This document shows positions 37,801-52,800 of a stretch of 64,000 nucleotides of DNA, piece after piece (positions within the stretch are counted from its first letter, which is position 1; each line of letters starts with the position of its first letter). The notes under the pieces were generated by a model. That model did not search any database and was not told the origin of the DNA. It saw only the letters and a program-made list of their open reading frames with translations. This DNA comes from Hormiphora californensis (taxonomy: Eukaryota; Animalia; Ctenophora), in contig CM035352.1 in NCBI GenBank assembly GCA_020137815.1, positions 5,084,001 to 5,148,000 of the forward strand, given 5' to 3'. A program made the position numbers and the translations under genes.

Positions 37801-40800
37801 TCAGGACCGGAAATCAGCTCGGATTGCAAAAAAACATTTTGTGGTTATTCACCTTCATGTCCTCTTCAAATCCCCAAATTTTCTTGCTCCTATCTTTAAA
37901 AAAAATTTTTTGAGATGCCAAAAACGTATTTACAGGACATTTTTTAAACAGCTGTAGCAAAAATATGAATTCGACTTAAGGGCTAAAATTGCATATTTGA
38001 GGTCTCCTTGGTATGGCCTACAACCCTACGGTGAGAGATTTCCCTGCACTCGAAAAAAAATTTTGGTTAGCGTACCCTTAATTGGTATCTACTATCTACT
38101 AGATAAGATCTAGTCTACAGCTCATGTATGGGTTATCATGGGACAGAAAGAGTTAGCACAGGTCTCCTCACCCCTCACAGTAAAAACTAATATCAATAGC
38201 TAACTGATACATGGCCTAATTTATCTACTGTTAAACGCAGCTCACCCCTCACAGTGTATCTCCAGGTATAGCAGTGCAGTTGTGAACTGGTTTAACTCCA
38301 ATGCAGCTCGACACATTTGCAGCCAATCCAGGTCTAGCCAACTGTAGTTTCGGAACCGAACTCTAATCAGGGGGGATTAAAAACGGTTTGTTTTTACATT
38401 TCTCTAGAAATGAAACCACCAGGAACCGACCGAACCAAGTAAACAACCAATCAGAGCTCGTTATTTAGGTCACGTGACTGGTTATCAGCCAATCAGGGAC
38501 CAGTATTTCCTGATTCGGTCGGTTCCTGCCACGTGGCCTGTGAAACCGACGTTTGTTTTTCATACATTTCTCCAATCTTTTATCAGAAGTAGAAATCAAA
38601 ATCGAATGAAACCACGTGACACAGTCTGACATCAAGTACCTGTTTTTGCTGTTGGCACTAATTGGTTTGGTAGAAAGATATTGGATAGCCTGGAGGTGCA
38701 TTAGTCGGGGGTTCTCCTGGACGTGATCCCGGAACAGCTGACTAACTCTCTTCCGGTGTGTGGGGGAGTCACTGAGCACGCTGTGCAGGGTTATACCCAG
38801 GAGACTCTCAGCAAGGGCCGGCTGAAGAAGGGTTATAACGTTTCAAGAAATATCTTGTTTCAATTGGACATATATATATAATATATATACTAGCAGCGAT
38901 CTGGATTCAAGTTGAATTGTTCATACACGAACACAGTGTCTGGCGACTCAAGATTCAAGCAGGATTCCATTCTAACTATACCAAGATATCATATGACTCT
39001 ATTTACCTGTAGTTTAATGAGAGGCAGAGTTTGTCGGATGCTTGTGGATGGTGCTGTTTTAGCTAAATCCATCAGACTGGTAACCGTGTCTACTACATCT
39101 GACACACCATCCTGAAATATCAAATTAAGTTAAATTGGTTATAACTACTCAACACCAACTTAATATGACTGCTTTGTTTCGTAGAGGGTCGAGCAAACAA
39201 TTCCACACGCGAAAAGGGGTTGAAAAGTGGAAAAAAGGACTTCATTGACATCACTCACCCTAGTGCCTGCCATACTGATATCACTCACCCTAGTGCCAGC
39301 TTTAGTAAAAGGTTGCAGCAACTCCACGGGTATATCGTTCTCTAGGCACATTTTAAAGAACTGCTTACCAACACTACTCTTTAGAATGTTCATCAGCAGA
39401 CGTTGTGATAACCTCTGTACTTCAGGACTGCAGGAAATGGAATGATAATAATGGGATAATAATGGGGTAATTATGGGATAATAATGGAATATTAATTGGA
39501 TAATAATGGGATAATAATGGAATATTAATGGGATAGTACAAATTGGATAATAATGGGGGTTAGTAGAATTTTAATGAAGCTATCAGAGAAGGAATTTGTT
39601 AGTTATAAAGCAGGGATCTTGATAATAAAATTGCATACTATAAGAGATGGTACCTAAGAGATGGTTATACCCAGGAACCGACCGAATCAGGAAATACTTG
39701 TCCCTGATTGGCTGATAACCAGTCACGTGACCTAATAGGCCAGTCATATGATGTCGAAAGTAGATCAAAAATCGGCGTTCAAGTTGTAAATCTAATTCCA
39801 CTTCTATGGCACTCTAATAGGTCCCTAGAACCACCAAAAAAATTCACCGCACTCTACGCGGTGGAGAACTTGACTTAATTGGGCATAATTGGTTACAGGG
39901 TACTTTCAGCCTGAAGCCAACACCGTAAGTGCCCTTAGAGTAGGAGTAGAGAAAAAAACAAGGGCACTAAAGTGATCAGTGCCCTCACATTAGTGGGGGT
40001 AGGTGCTGGAATTAAGTCTCTATCTCATCCTGTTAATTAGATAATTGGATAATTAGATGCGCACATAGCCGCTTTATGGTTATACGGTAAAAACCATCTT
40101 AGGAAACGAGTAGAGAAAAAACCAAGGGCACTAAAGTGTTCAGCGACCTCACATTAGTGGGGGTAGGTGCTGGAATTAAGTCTCTATCTCATCTGGATAA
40201 TTAGATAATTGGTTAATTAGATGCGCACATAGCCGTTTTTGGCCATATGGCTATATCTACTTAGGAGAGGCGTAGAGACTTTTTACAGGCGCCATTTTGT
40301 AGGCAATGGCCAAATTATGGGGGGTCTACGTCGGACTTTTAATCTCTATTTCCAACCGTTTAGCCGTTATTAGGCTTTAAAGGTGCTCAAAATCGGGCTT
40401 TTTACCGTTTTTTGCTCATTTTGAGCGCCTTTAAAGCCTAATAACGGCTAAACGGTTAGAGATAGAGCTTAAAAGTCCGACGAAGACCCCCCATAACTTG
40501 GCCATTGCCTACAAAATGGCGCCTGTAAAAAGTCTCTACGCCTCTCCTAAGTGGATATAGCCATATGGCCAAAAACGGCTATGTGCGCATCTAATTAACC
40601 AATTATCTAATTATCCAGATGAGATAGAGACTTAATTCCAGCACCTACCCCCACTAATGTGAGGTCGCTGAACACTTTAGTGCCCTTGGTTTTTTCTCTA
40701 CTCGTTTCCTAAGATGGTTTTTACCGTATAACCATAAAACGGCTATGTGCGCATCTAATTATCCAATTATCTAATTAACAGGATGAGATAGAGACTTAAT

Positions 40801-43800
40801 TCCAGCACCTACCCCCACTAATGTGAGGGCACTGATCACTTTAGTGCCCTTGTTTTTTTCTCTACTCCTACTCTAAGGGCACTTACGGTGTTGGCTTCAG
40901 GCTGAAAGTACCCTGTAACCAATTATGCCCAATTAAGTCAAGTTCTCCACCGCGTAGAGTGCGGTGAATTTTTTTGGTGGTTCTAGGGACCTATTAGAGT
41001 GCCATAGAAGTGGAATTAGATTTACAACTTTTACGCCGAGAAAAAAACGTCATATGACCGGCCTATAAATAACGAGTTCTGTCTGTGTTTCGGTCGGTTC
41101 CTGGTTATACCTATCGGAGAAGAGATATTTCTTTAGGTTGTCAGTGATGATTCCAGTGTACTGCTGCTCGTCTGACGTGAGGACCTCGTCCCAGTTCATA
41201 ACGTCTACAGGTGGGAGTCGAGCTGTTACCATGGTAACTATGTGTAGTGTGTAGTGGTAACTAAGGTAACAGTTAGTTATCCTTACCTGGATCATCCATC
41301 GTGTTAATCATGGTAAGATCTAGTTCCGGGACATTTCCTAAAACCTCCATCTCATAATCACGTGACATCTCATGATCACGTGACATCTCATGATCACGTG
41401 ACATCTCCATTAGGGTATGTATTGCCGTGTGGAGGGTAATGTTGTTGGGGAGAGCTGCCCCCATCCCACTCCTCAAATACCAATGTGCCCCCTCGACCCG
41501 CCGGACGGTATGAATGTCCGGGGTCGGGAGGGGTATCGATGTGTATTGGTTGTAAAGTTTGTTAATTTCTGTATCCGGGAAGGACGTGATGGGTAGAAAC
41601 TTGGGGGAGCCACAATCCGAGAGAAGGAGTTTAACAGTTTGAAACACTCTTGAAGTGTGTCCCGTTAGTTTTTGTAGCTCCTTGATGAGTGGGGTGATGT
41701 TTTGTTTTATGAAGGAGCAAGGTTTCGGTACACATGATAGGAGGGAGTGTAGGATCTCCATAGCAACGTCAGCGTTATTCCCTGATTTCAAGACCGTTGT
41801 CATGGTTGATACAACAAGCCGAACAACGAGACTCCACTCTCCCTCACTTTTCATTGGTTCACTTTTAGTCAACACTGACATAAACAACTGAAATGAGAGT
41901 AGTCAGTAGTGTATTAAACCACTGATATATCAGAGTTATGTGTATCAAATCACTAGCTTGAGATGTAAATCAGTCATGAGAGAATGAGTGGGCAGGTCAC
42001 CTGGTAGCTAAGAAGAACTGCTCGCTGGAAAGTGCTATTTTTAGCACTCCAATAGTAGCCGTATAGCTCCGTCAGCACACCATGAACGCCACCCTGTAAA
42101 GGGTGGGGGGTAAACGGTTATTTTGTGAAGGGAGTAGATAAGAAACAAACCGGGTGAACAACGTACCTCAGCGTTAAGAAGTAGCTTGAAGAATGACAGT
42201 TTAGTTTTGCTATGCTTCATATCAATTAGATACTCCACTGCATGTTTAACTTGGACCGAGGTTAGACTGGGGACACTCAGCGACTCAACACTGAAATGAT
42301 TAACCAGTTTACCCTATGAAGCTTCCTTCAGGGGGAGCGACAAGTATAGTATACAATATACATAGATCTCACTTGGTGACGCAGTCACCCTTACAACTCG
42401 TGCGCGTAGCGCGCCAAAACGAAGCCCGCAGAGAGGTGACGGCGCCACCAAAGATCTCACTTGCTGTACCGAACCCAACACAGAGCGGTGCAGTGAGCTA
42501 AACAAGTTCTCACCTGATAGAATTTTGGTTAGTCTTCCCCCAACATAATTTCAAGGTTTATAAATTTCACCTGATAGTATCGTGATAAGATGGTTCAGGG
42601 TGATATCGGATAAACAGAAGGGGTACAATTGCAGTCAGTTGTTTCTTTAGACACTCCTCCACTGCCTCCCTACTAACTGCTTTTATCACAGCCTCAAACT
42701 GTGCCGCCCCTGCCTCACTCTCTGCAGAACTGTAACACATTTGGTTATGGGTGAGGAATTAGGGGAGGGGGACTGGGGGATGCAGTATGAAAGGGAAAGA
42801 GGGAGATGATCAAAATCCGCTAGGTTCACAGTACATCGCTAAATGGACTCGAGGGGCAGGGGGGGTATGGACTCATTTACTCGCTACATTATGACTGTAG
42901 TACTTACTCCGCAACTCGTGGTATGATGGCTGAGAATACTGTTGGTAGGCCATCTTGCTTGAGGAGGGAAGAGAACTCATCTCCAAGGGGTCTACCATGG
43001 CTCAACAGAGCCAGACAGATCCTCCCTACGTTCTCTCTGTGGAAATGGAACAATATTGGTGGCTGACAGTTGACACTCTGTCCTTGGTATCGAAGACACC
43101 TCACACTCTGTTTCGCGCGCTGGCAAGGGGTAACTTCGTAACCAAACTCTGTCCCGGGTTATTACTCCTACATTAGTAATAGTTGTGTGTGTGAGGTTAA
43201 ATCAAACAAAGGAACGAAGAACTGCGTGTGTGTTTGAATCCCATGATGAGTCTCACCATACCATTTTACTGGGTATTATTATACCAATGTGTGTATCTAC
43301 TATCGACAGCTACTCAAACTTTACTGGTACTCTTTCTAAACATGCTAAAGATCCCAGAAAATTTGAAAATTGGTTGAATTATGGCCAAGAAATGGCCAAG
43401 TTATGATTTAATTTTCAACACATAAATCCCTTTTTTATTAGCCGTTTGTACTACTGAGAACGTTGGGCTCTAGTAATACATAAAACTTACGAACCATTTA
43501 TTCTGGAACCTCCCCAGTCCCCACGAGGCTATGGCCAGACAGGGGTACATTTTTGGTATCGAAGACACCTCACACCTTCGCGCGCACTGGCAAGGGGTAA
43601 CTTCGTAACCAAGGTACATTTAGGAGTTTAGGACGGGAAAACTCTCTAAATAGCCGGGGGGTAACTGTATTTACCCTGATTTTGGGTATAAAGTGGGTCT
43701 AAGAGGGACACTTTGACATTTTCATCTGTGCGATACTATGCTGACACGTTAAATAATACATGCAATAGAACATACTTTCTCTCCCCTCTCTCTCTCTCTC

Positions 43801-46800
43801 GGTCCACTACACGCACCACTCCCACATGGGGCCGTGAGGCCCCATGCGAGAGCAGGGTTAAATCCCCCGGACCCGGATCCTGTTGGATCTGAGGGCCCGG
43901 AGGGCCTGCGGAGTAAAGGTAGGGTAGGTAGAACAATGTACATACGGGTAAATTTAACAATGTACATATGGGATAAGGAAAGGGGATGATATGAAAAAGG
44001 GGGATTAAAGCTCATGGTGACGGAGCACAAGACCTCCTAAACTATCTGCAAAGAAGCCCAATCTGCTACAATGAATTCTAAGAAGAGACAACTTATCAGG
44101 AACTGAAGAAGCAAACCGTCTGAATCTAAGCAGCCTAAAACAAGCAGGAACGGGTTCGAGCGAAAAAAAAAATTAATACAAATGGATGATGATTACATGT
44201 CGAGCCAGAGAGGACAGCCAGCCCGCTCCAGAGAAGCCAGCTGACCCCGCCCCAAAGAAGACAGCCGACCCCGCTCCAGAGAAGCCAGCTGACCCCGTTC
44301 CAGAGAAGCCAGCTGACCCCGTTCCAGAAAAGCCAGCTGACCCCGCTCCAGAGAAGCCATCTGACCCCGCTCCAGAGAAGACAGCCACCCCGCTCCAGAG
44401 AAGACAGCTGACCCCGCCCCAGTAGGGACAGCTGACCCCGTTCCAGTAAAGACAGCTAACCCCGCTCCAGTAAAGACAGCTGATCCCGCTCCAGAGAGGA
44501 CAGCTGGCCCCGCTCCAGTAAAGACAGCTGACCCCGTTCCAGTAAGGACAGCTGACCCCGTCCCAGAGAGGACAGCCACCCCGCTCCAGAGAAGACAGCT
44601 GACCCCGCTCCAGTAAGGACAGCTGACCCCGTTCCAGTAAAGACAGCTGACCCCGTTCCAGTAAAGACAGCTGACCCCGCTCCAGAGAGGACAACCACCC
44701 CGCTCCAGAGAGGACAGCTGACCCCGCTCCAGTAAGGACAGCCGACCCCGCTCCAGTAAAGACAGCTGACCCCAGAGAGGACAGTCACCCCGCTCCAAAG
44801 AGGACAGCTGACCCCGTTCCAGTAAAGACAGCTGACCCCGCCCCAGAGAGGACAGCCACCCCGCTCCAAAGAATCATCTCCGATGTAGAACCCTATCAAA
44901 AATGGAAGAAGTGGGTTAGGGGGGCCAGTAGAACAAAAACAGTATTGGTAAGCGGATAAATTGGCGTTGGGGGTCCACAGTTGGCTGGAAGATGCCTGTT
45001 CCACTGGTAACCCTGAGCCGGAGAAGGCGGGGTAGGAACATAATAGTTGGCGTTGATACACTGTGGGCCACCTAGCCTTGTCGAAATGTTTTTGTATTTT
45101 GTATTTTCTGATTTTTTTCCGTATTTCTGATACACAGCCACGCTCAGCCGCGGCCACACGGACCTGGAAATCGAACAGGGGGAAAAGGGGATGGGGAAAA
45201 AGGTACTCCGTGTGACCCCGTTGCCCGGGGGAAACCGATTGGAGGTGGTGGCAGGTGGACCAACTCCCCCCTCTCTCTCTCTCTCTCTCTCTCCCTCTCT
45301 TTCTCTCTCTCCCTCTCTCACCGCATATGCTGCTTTATGGTGCACAAGAGACAACTAGGAAATCAAAGTGGTGCAGGGTAGAGAGGGTATCATGAGATTC
45401 TTAGAACTATGTCAGTACTGAGAAGGGAACTCTGTACTGAGAAGGATACTATGTCCGATACTGTGCTGACACGCCGTGTTAAATATAATACATATATTCT
45501 CCCTGGCCCTCTCCCTCTCCCTCTCACGGTGCCCCTGAAGGAAGTTCCACCTCGACCGAGTCCCCCAGCAAAACGAACGGTTGTGTGACCTAAAGGGGAC
45601 CTCTGGGAACTACGCAGGACCGTGGGGGAAAAGATTTAAAAGTAGCCTAAAAATTAAAACGATAGAAAGATAGCTATCGTTTTTTTCACTTTGAAAATAC
45701 GACATTTCTTTAACAAAATCCTTGATCAGGAAGATGCAAGTGCTCCCACCTATTTTTTGACGTAGAATCGAATGCCGTTGAAGTCAAATCTCTAAAATGT
45801 AGTAAAATGGTGAAAATCGCGTTTTTAGGTGTTTTTTGGTGAAAAAAAAAAGCGTTCAAACTGGTACTAGATGATGAGATAGAGTCCCAAAAGTATGACA
45901 AATCGCTTTTTTGGGACCTTTTCGCCCTAGAAGCAGATTTTTATGAAAATCTGGTTCAGCGCCTATTCTCTGTATACTTTCAAAGAAGGTGAATATTGCT
46001 CTAATTTAGCCAATTTTGATAAAAAGTCATCCAAAACAGTACTAGATGATGAGATAGTGGCCCAAAAAATAAACTAATCGATTTTTTGGGTCTTTTCCGT
46101 CCTAGAAACAAATTTGCATGGCGGTCGGATGATACGGTAGGCCTCGATGAAGTAGGTGGAAATAGCCAAAATATAGCGATTGCGGCAAATGAATGTGAAT
46201 AAACGTTGACCAAACCCACTTTAGCATCATGTATGACCTATCTCTGGGCTACTGGACTATGCAAGAGCCATACATGATGATGAAGTGGGTTTGGTAAACG
46301 TTTATCCACATTCATTTGCCGCAATCGCTATATTTTGGCTATTTCCACCTACTTCAGAGGCCTACCGAGAGGAAACGTATCATCCGACCGCCATGCAAAT
46401 TGTTTCTAGGACGGAAAAGACCCAAAAAATCGATTAGTTATATTTGTTGGCCACTATCTCATCATCTAGTACTGTTTTGGATGACTTTTTATCAAAATTG
46501 GCTAAATTAGAGCAAATTCACCTTCTTTGAAAGTATACAGAGAATAGGCGCTGAACCAGATTTTCATAAAAATCTGCTTCTAGGGCGAAAAGGTCCCAAA
46601 AAAGCGATTTGTCATACTTTGGGACTCTATCTCATCATCTAGTACCAGTTTGAACGCTTTTTTCACCAAAAAACACCTAAAAACGCGATTTTCACCGTTT
46701 TACTAACATTTTAGAGATTTGACTTCAACGGCATTCGATTCTACGTCAAAAAATAGGTGGGAGACACTTGCATCTTCCTGATCAAGGATTTTGTTAAAGA

Positions 46801-49800
46801 AACGTCGTATTTTCAAAGTGAAAAAAACAATAGCTATCTTTCTATCGTTTTAATTTTTTAGGCTACTTTTAAATCTTTTCCCCCCACGGTCCTCCGTAGT
46901 TCCCAGAGGTCCCCTTTAGGTCACACAACCGTTCGTTTTGCTGGGGGACTCGGTCGAGGTGGAACTTCCTTCAGGGGCACCGTGCTCTCTCTCCCTCCCT
47001 CTCTCTCCCTCCCTCTCACTTTGACGTGTCACTGCAACTATAGGAAATCAATGCAGTGCAGTGGTTTGTGCTGAGAGTGCAAATACATACAGTATGTAAG
47101 TAAGTAATTGGTGGCTAGATTTTGGACGTTTTCGGGTCTGACGCAGTAAACACTTTTGGGATATGAATTACATACCTGTAAAAGACACTGGGAGAGTGAT
47201 ACCCAAAATGTGAGTATGGGAAAGAGGATATTCCAGCATCTTTATCTATCCACCGATGTAATAGTACTTCCCCAAAGGTAACAAAGATCTCCCTTGCACT
47301 CCCATATCCCAGCACACTTGCTGCCCTTTCCACCATCTATTGACAGGGGAATCAATTAGCTAATGATAAATTCAGTTAATTATTGATAAATACGAATTCC
47401 AATTGACTGAGTCGGTGATGTGGGGTAATGGGTATAGGACTACTGCAGTATGCTGAATAGGTCGTGTCGTACTTGTGGATCACAGCGGGGCTCATATCTT
47501 GGCCTTGCCTAGCTAGACTGTGTTTCGCGGCCCGCCCCCGAAACATAAATGTAAAGGGAGGGTTGGGGGGGGGTCCAGCCCTAAAAAAAGCTAAGCTATC
47601 GGCCAAAATCAGGGTACCTTTAGCTTTTTTTAGCTTTTTTTAGCTTTTTTTAGCCTTTTTTTAGCTTTTTTTAGCTTTTCTTAGTTTTTTTTAGCTTTTT
47701 TTAGCTTTTTTTAGGCTAAAAATAGCTAAAAAAAGCTAAAATTGAGTTTTTAGTGGATTCATATAGGTTCGAATCCCGCTGACGCCAAATTTTTTAAACT
47801 TTTATTATAACGTTTTATAACGTTTTTTGAACTTTTTTAAAACTTTTTTATCAAATTTGAATATATTTTTATCGAAAAATGTCTCCAGAAAATGGCAGTA
47901 GGGGTGGATACAGAAATTGCTATGTATGGACATAAACGGTAGATTATGGTAAAAAAATGTGCAGGAAATGAACAAATGCAGTCAATAGACGTCCGGAAGG
48001 ATGAAAATTTAATGGAAAAGTGTCAAGATGAATACTGAAAAAACATAAAAAGTAGGGCTAAAAAAAGCTAAAAAAAGCAAACATAAAAAAAGCTATCGAC
48101 CAAAATCAGGGTACCTTTAGCTTTTTTTAGGGCTGGACCCCCCCCCCAGGGTTAGAACATAACAAACCTTGGTCACAGTAGGTGTGGTTAGTAGGACAGC
48201 GCTGGCCAGAGCCTCAGTTTGTGTCACCACGGTCCGGGGTGATAAAGGTGTACAACAAGTGCACGTAGGTACGTGTGTAGCTGGCGATATCGTCAGGGTC
48301 TATGTCCTGATGGGGATGGTTGGTTGGTGAGAGCGGTTGGTGCTGTTGTTAGCCTTGTTGAGGGTTAACGGTTGACCATGTAAGGTCACCATGGGGATGG
48401 AGGGGTCAGTAGAGAGCAGCCAGTGGATTCGTAGAACTGAGAGAGTAGAAGAAGTAGAGGTAGCATAAGATACTAGATAGCTGACTGGGTTGGGTGCGGT
48501 GCTGGAGTGGTGGTTAGTATAGAGAGAGAGAGAGAGGGATATAATCTCTGCTAATACTAACCAATAGTAACCAATAGTAACCAGTGCATGATCAATACTC
48601 TAACCTCACTTATGATGGAATGCAAAGCCCCGCCAAAGTGTGTGAATATCTCCGCTTGTTGGGAGGGTGCCAGGGTTGGTAGGACCTCTGCCAGGGTATT
48701 TACAACCGAAACTCTCAACCTGGGTACCTGCAGAAAATTAATTAATTGAATTAGGAGGTAGGAATCTAGTTGTTTTTGTGTGCGGATTGTGTTTGCAAAG
48801 TTAAAATTAACAGTAACATGGTTTGTCAAACACTGACTGTACATCGCGTAGCTGTACATCACGTAGGCCCGGTGCGAAGAGGAGGGTCTTATATGAGACA
48901 ATCCGAAGGCCCGGTGCGAAGAGGAGGCCGGTCTTATATGAGACAAGCCTAAGGCCCGGTGCGAAGAGGAGGGTCTTATATGAGACAAAACATGGTAAGG
49001 TGATCCCCTCTTTCTCTGCTAAGAAATGGGCGAATGTATTGTCACCATGCATGGTTACCATTGGTAACTTACAAATTCGCAGCATACCTTATCACAAAGA
49101 AGCCGTGCGAGGATGTTGTATTTATCAAGTTCGGAGTGGGGCAGGCCAGGACACCCCACAGTCACGGCCCGTACACAGGACAACAACGCGTGGGTAGCCA
49201 CCGGTGATAACCGACCCTTTTGGTAGAGGCCCCTGGAGTTGAGGGGGGTGTTAACATGTTGGGACAAGTTGGGTTAAAATGTTGGGACAGGCGGGGTTAA
49301 CGTGTTGGGTTAACAGGTGGGGTTAACATGTTGAGTTTAGGCCAGAGGGGGGTCAGGGGGTCTAAAAATTTTTTTAAGTCACTTTCGGGGTTAATAGTTG
49401 GAATCGTTTTAGTGTACACCGTTAAGGAGAAAATTAAGGTTAACTTTTCGCCCAAAATGAATGTAAACCTCAAAAAAGCTTGTATTTATGTCACCTACAC
49501 AGATGAATATGGTACCAATCGATAGATATTATCAAGGAAACCAAGTGTTCAAAGTTTCAGAGGTCTACGCCATATAGTTGTTCGGATATTTGAGGTTAAC
49601 ATATCTCCCAAAAAACAACCTTTTGTTGAAATAATAATATGTTGTACTGGGAGTGAGCAAACCCTGATGCACTAAGAGACTTTTACACGTCCAGTAACGT
49701 ATGGGAGACCCTGAGTATGTGAGGGTGAGAGAGAGAGAGAGAGAGAGAGAGAAACATAAAATAGGGACAAACTTTATAGTAGGCTCACAAGTCAAATGAC

Positions 49801-52800
49801 TTACTGTATAATAATGCGTGCTTGTTTAGTAACTCTGCTCCTAGTTGGTGCTGCCACCGCCGCCAATGTAATTTGTACTGACTACGGCAAAGATATTGCC
49901 GGTGATGATAAAATAACAGGTAATATATAGCGTCCGTTTGTTTTTGAACAAACACAGTTAATATTAATGGGGGGGGGGTGCAGCCCCAAAAAAATTCAAA
50001 CTTTTTCCGAAACCCAGGGTATGGTTGGTTTTTTTGGTCGTTTTTGGTCGTTTTGTTTTGTTGAAATTTCTTTGATTTTTTTTGGTCGTTTTTGATTTTT
50101 TTTTTTTGGTCGTTTTTGATTTTTTTGATCGTTTTGATTTTTTTGATCGTTTTTGAATTTTTTGATCGTTTTTAATTTTTTGATCGTTTTTGATTTTTTT
50201 GATTGTTTAATGTTGAACAAAAAATTTAAAAAAAATCAAAAACGATCAAATAAAATAAAAAACGATCAAAAAAATTCAAAAAAAATCAAAAACGATCAAA
50301 AAAGATCAAAAAAATCAAAAAAGATCAAAATAAATCAAAAAAAATCAAAAAAAGATAAAAAAAAATCAAAAAAAAATCAAAAAAAGATCAAAAAAAAAAA
50401 AAAAAAAATCAAAACCGACCAAAAAAAATCAACACTTTTGAAAATCCAGGGTATGGTTGGTTTTTTTTGGGCTGCACTCCCCCCCCCCTATTAATATAGT
50501 GAAATACATATCGAGAGGAAAGAAATACATATCTATTAACTACTGTCATATACCGATATTGCATCGAGTTCATACATTTGCAGTTTCATATTTGTTTCAT
50601 TTTGAATGCTCTGTTACACTGACATACACCCGTCTAAGTCTCTCTTTAATCCTAAATCTATCAATTTACAACCGCATCGCCTAGTCTGGTTCAGTCATTC
50701 TGTCAAATAGTGCTCCTTTCCTGTATCTTTCAACACAGTACCTCTAATATCTGATCTCTAACGCACTCAATACTTGCTCGTTTTCTTGTACTCAGGTCAC
50801 GTCCATAATATGCTCTGTCTCAAAACATACTCCTTGTGCCATGCTCCTCTATATCCCCTAATGATTCCAAAATTTCAAGTTTCTATTTCAAATGTGGTCT
50901 CAGTAGCATTAAAACTGTCAAATACATCATTCTGCATTCGGATACAGAATAACTTTGCGGATGTGACATAAACGAATTGCCGGGATTCTCCAGACTCTCT
51001 CACAATCAGTTCATACTTTGCAGTTTCATATTGTTTCATTTTGAATGCTCTGTTACACTGATACACCCGTCTAAGTCTCTCTTTAATCCTAAATCTATCA
51101 ATTTACAACCGCATCGCCAGTCTGGTTCAGTCATTCTGTCAAATGTGCTCCTTCCTGTATCTTTCAACACAGTACCTCTAATATCTGATCTCTAACGCAC
51201 TCAATACTTGCTCGTTTTCTTGTACTCAGGTCACGTCCATAATATTGCTCTGTCTCAAACATACTCCTTGCCAATGCTCCTCTATATCCCCTAATGATTC
51301 CCAAAATTTCAAGTTTCTATCTTCAAAACTGTGGTCTCAGTAGCATTAAAACTGTCAAATACATCATTCTGCATTCTGGATACAGAATAACTTTGCGGAT
51401 GTGTGACATAAACGAATTGCCGGGATTCTCCAGACTCTCTCACAATCAGTTTTACATTTGCAGTTTCATATTTGTTTCATTTTGAATGCTCTGTTACACT
51501 GACATACACCGTCTAACTCCTTTAATCCTAAACTATCAATTTACAACCGCATCGCCTAGTTGGTTCAGTCATTCTGTCAAATAGTGCTCTTCCTGTATCT
51601 TTCAACACAGTACCTCTAATATCTGATCTCTAACGCACTCAATACTTGCTCGTTTTCTGTACTCAGGTCACGTCCATAATATTGCTCTGTCTCAAAACAT
51701 ACTCCTTGTGCCAATGCTCCTCTATATCCCCTAATGATTCCCAAAATTTCAAGTTTCTATCTTCAAAACTGTGGTCTCAGTAGCATTAAAACTGTAAATA
51801 CATCATTCTGCATTCTGGATACAGAATAACTTGCGGATGTGTGACATAAACGATTGCCGGGATCTCCAGATCTCCTCACAATCAGTTCATACATTTGCAT
51901 TTCATATTGTTCATTTTGAATGCTCTGTTACACTGACATACACCGTCTAAGTCTCTCTTTAATCCTAAATCTATCAATTTACAACGCATGCCTAGTCTGG
52001 TTCAGTCATTCTGTCAAATAGTGCTCCTTTCCTGTATCTTTCACACAGTACCTCTATATCTGATCTCTAACGCACTCAATACCTGCTCGTTTTCTTGTAC
52101 TCAGGTCACGTCCATAATATTGCTCTGTCTCAAACATACTCCTTGTGCCATGCTCCTCTATATCCCCTAATGATTCCCAAAATTTCAAGTTTCTATCTTC
52201 AAAACTGTGGTCTCAGTAGCATTAAAACTGTCAAATACATCATTCTGCATTCTGGATACAGAATAACTTTGCGGATGTGTGACATAAACGAATTGCCGGG
52301 ATTCTCCAGACTCTCTCACAATCAGTTCATACATTTGCAGTTTCATATTTGTTTCATTTTGAATGCTCTGTTACCATGACATACACCCGTATTAGTCTCT
52401 CTTTAATCCTAAATCTATCAATTTACAACCGCTCGCCTAGTCTGGTTCAGTCATTCTGTCAAATAGTGCTCCTTCCTGTATCTTTCAACACAGTACCTCT
52501 AATATCTGATCTCTAACGCACTCAATACTGCTCGTTTTCTTGTACTCAGGTCACGTCCATAATATTGCTCTGTCTCAAAAAATACTCCTTGTGCCAATGC
52601 TCCTCTATATCCCCTAATGATTCCCAAAATTTCAAGTTTCTATCTTCAAAACTGTGGTTCAGTGCATTAAAACTGTCAAATACATCATTCTGCATTCTGG
52701 TACAGATAACTTTGCGGATGTGTGACATAAACGAATTGCCGGGATTCTCCAGACTCTCTCACAATCAGTTTATACATTTGCAGTTTCATATTTGTTTCAT

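Noticed and set aside
44173-45157. Long ORFs (173-233 aa) on both strands
   Set aside because: Open only because the ~24-bp repeat lacks stops; no recognisable domain.
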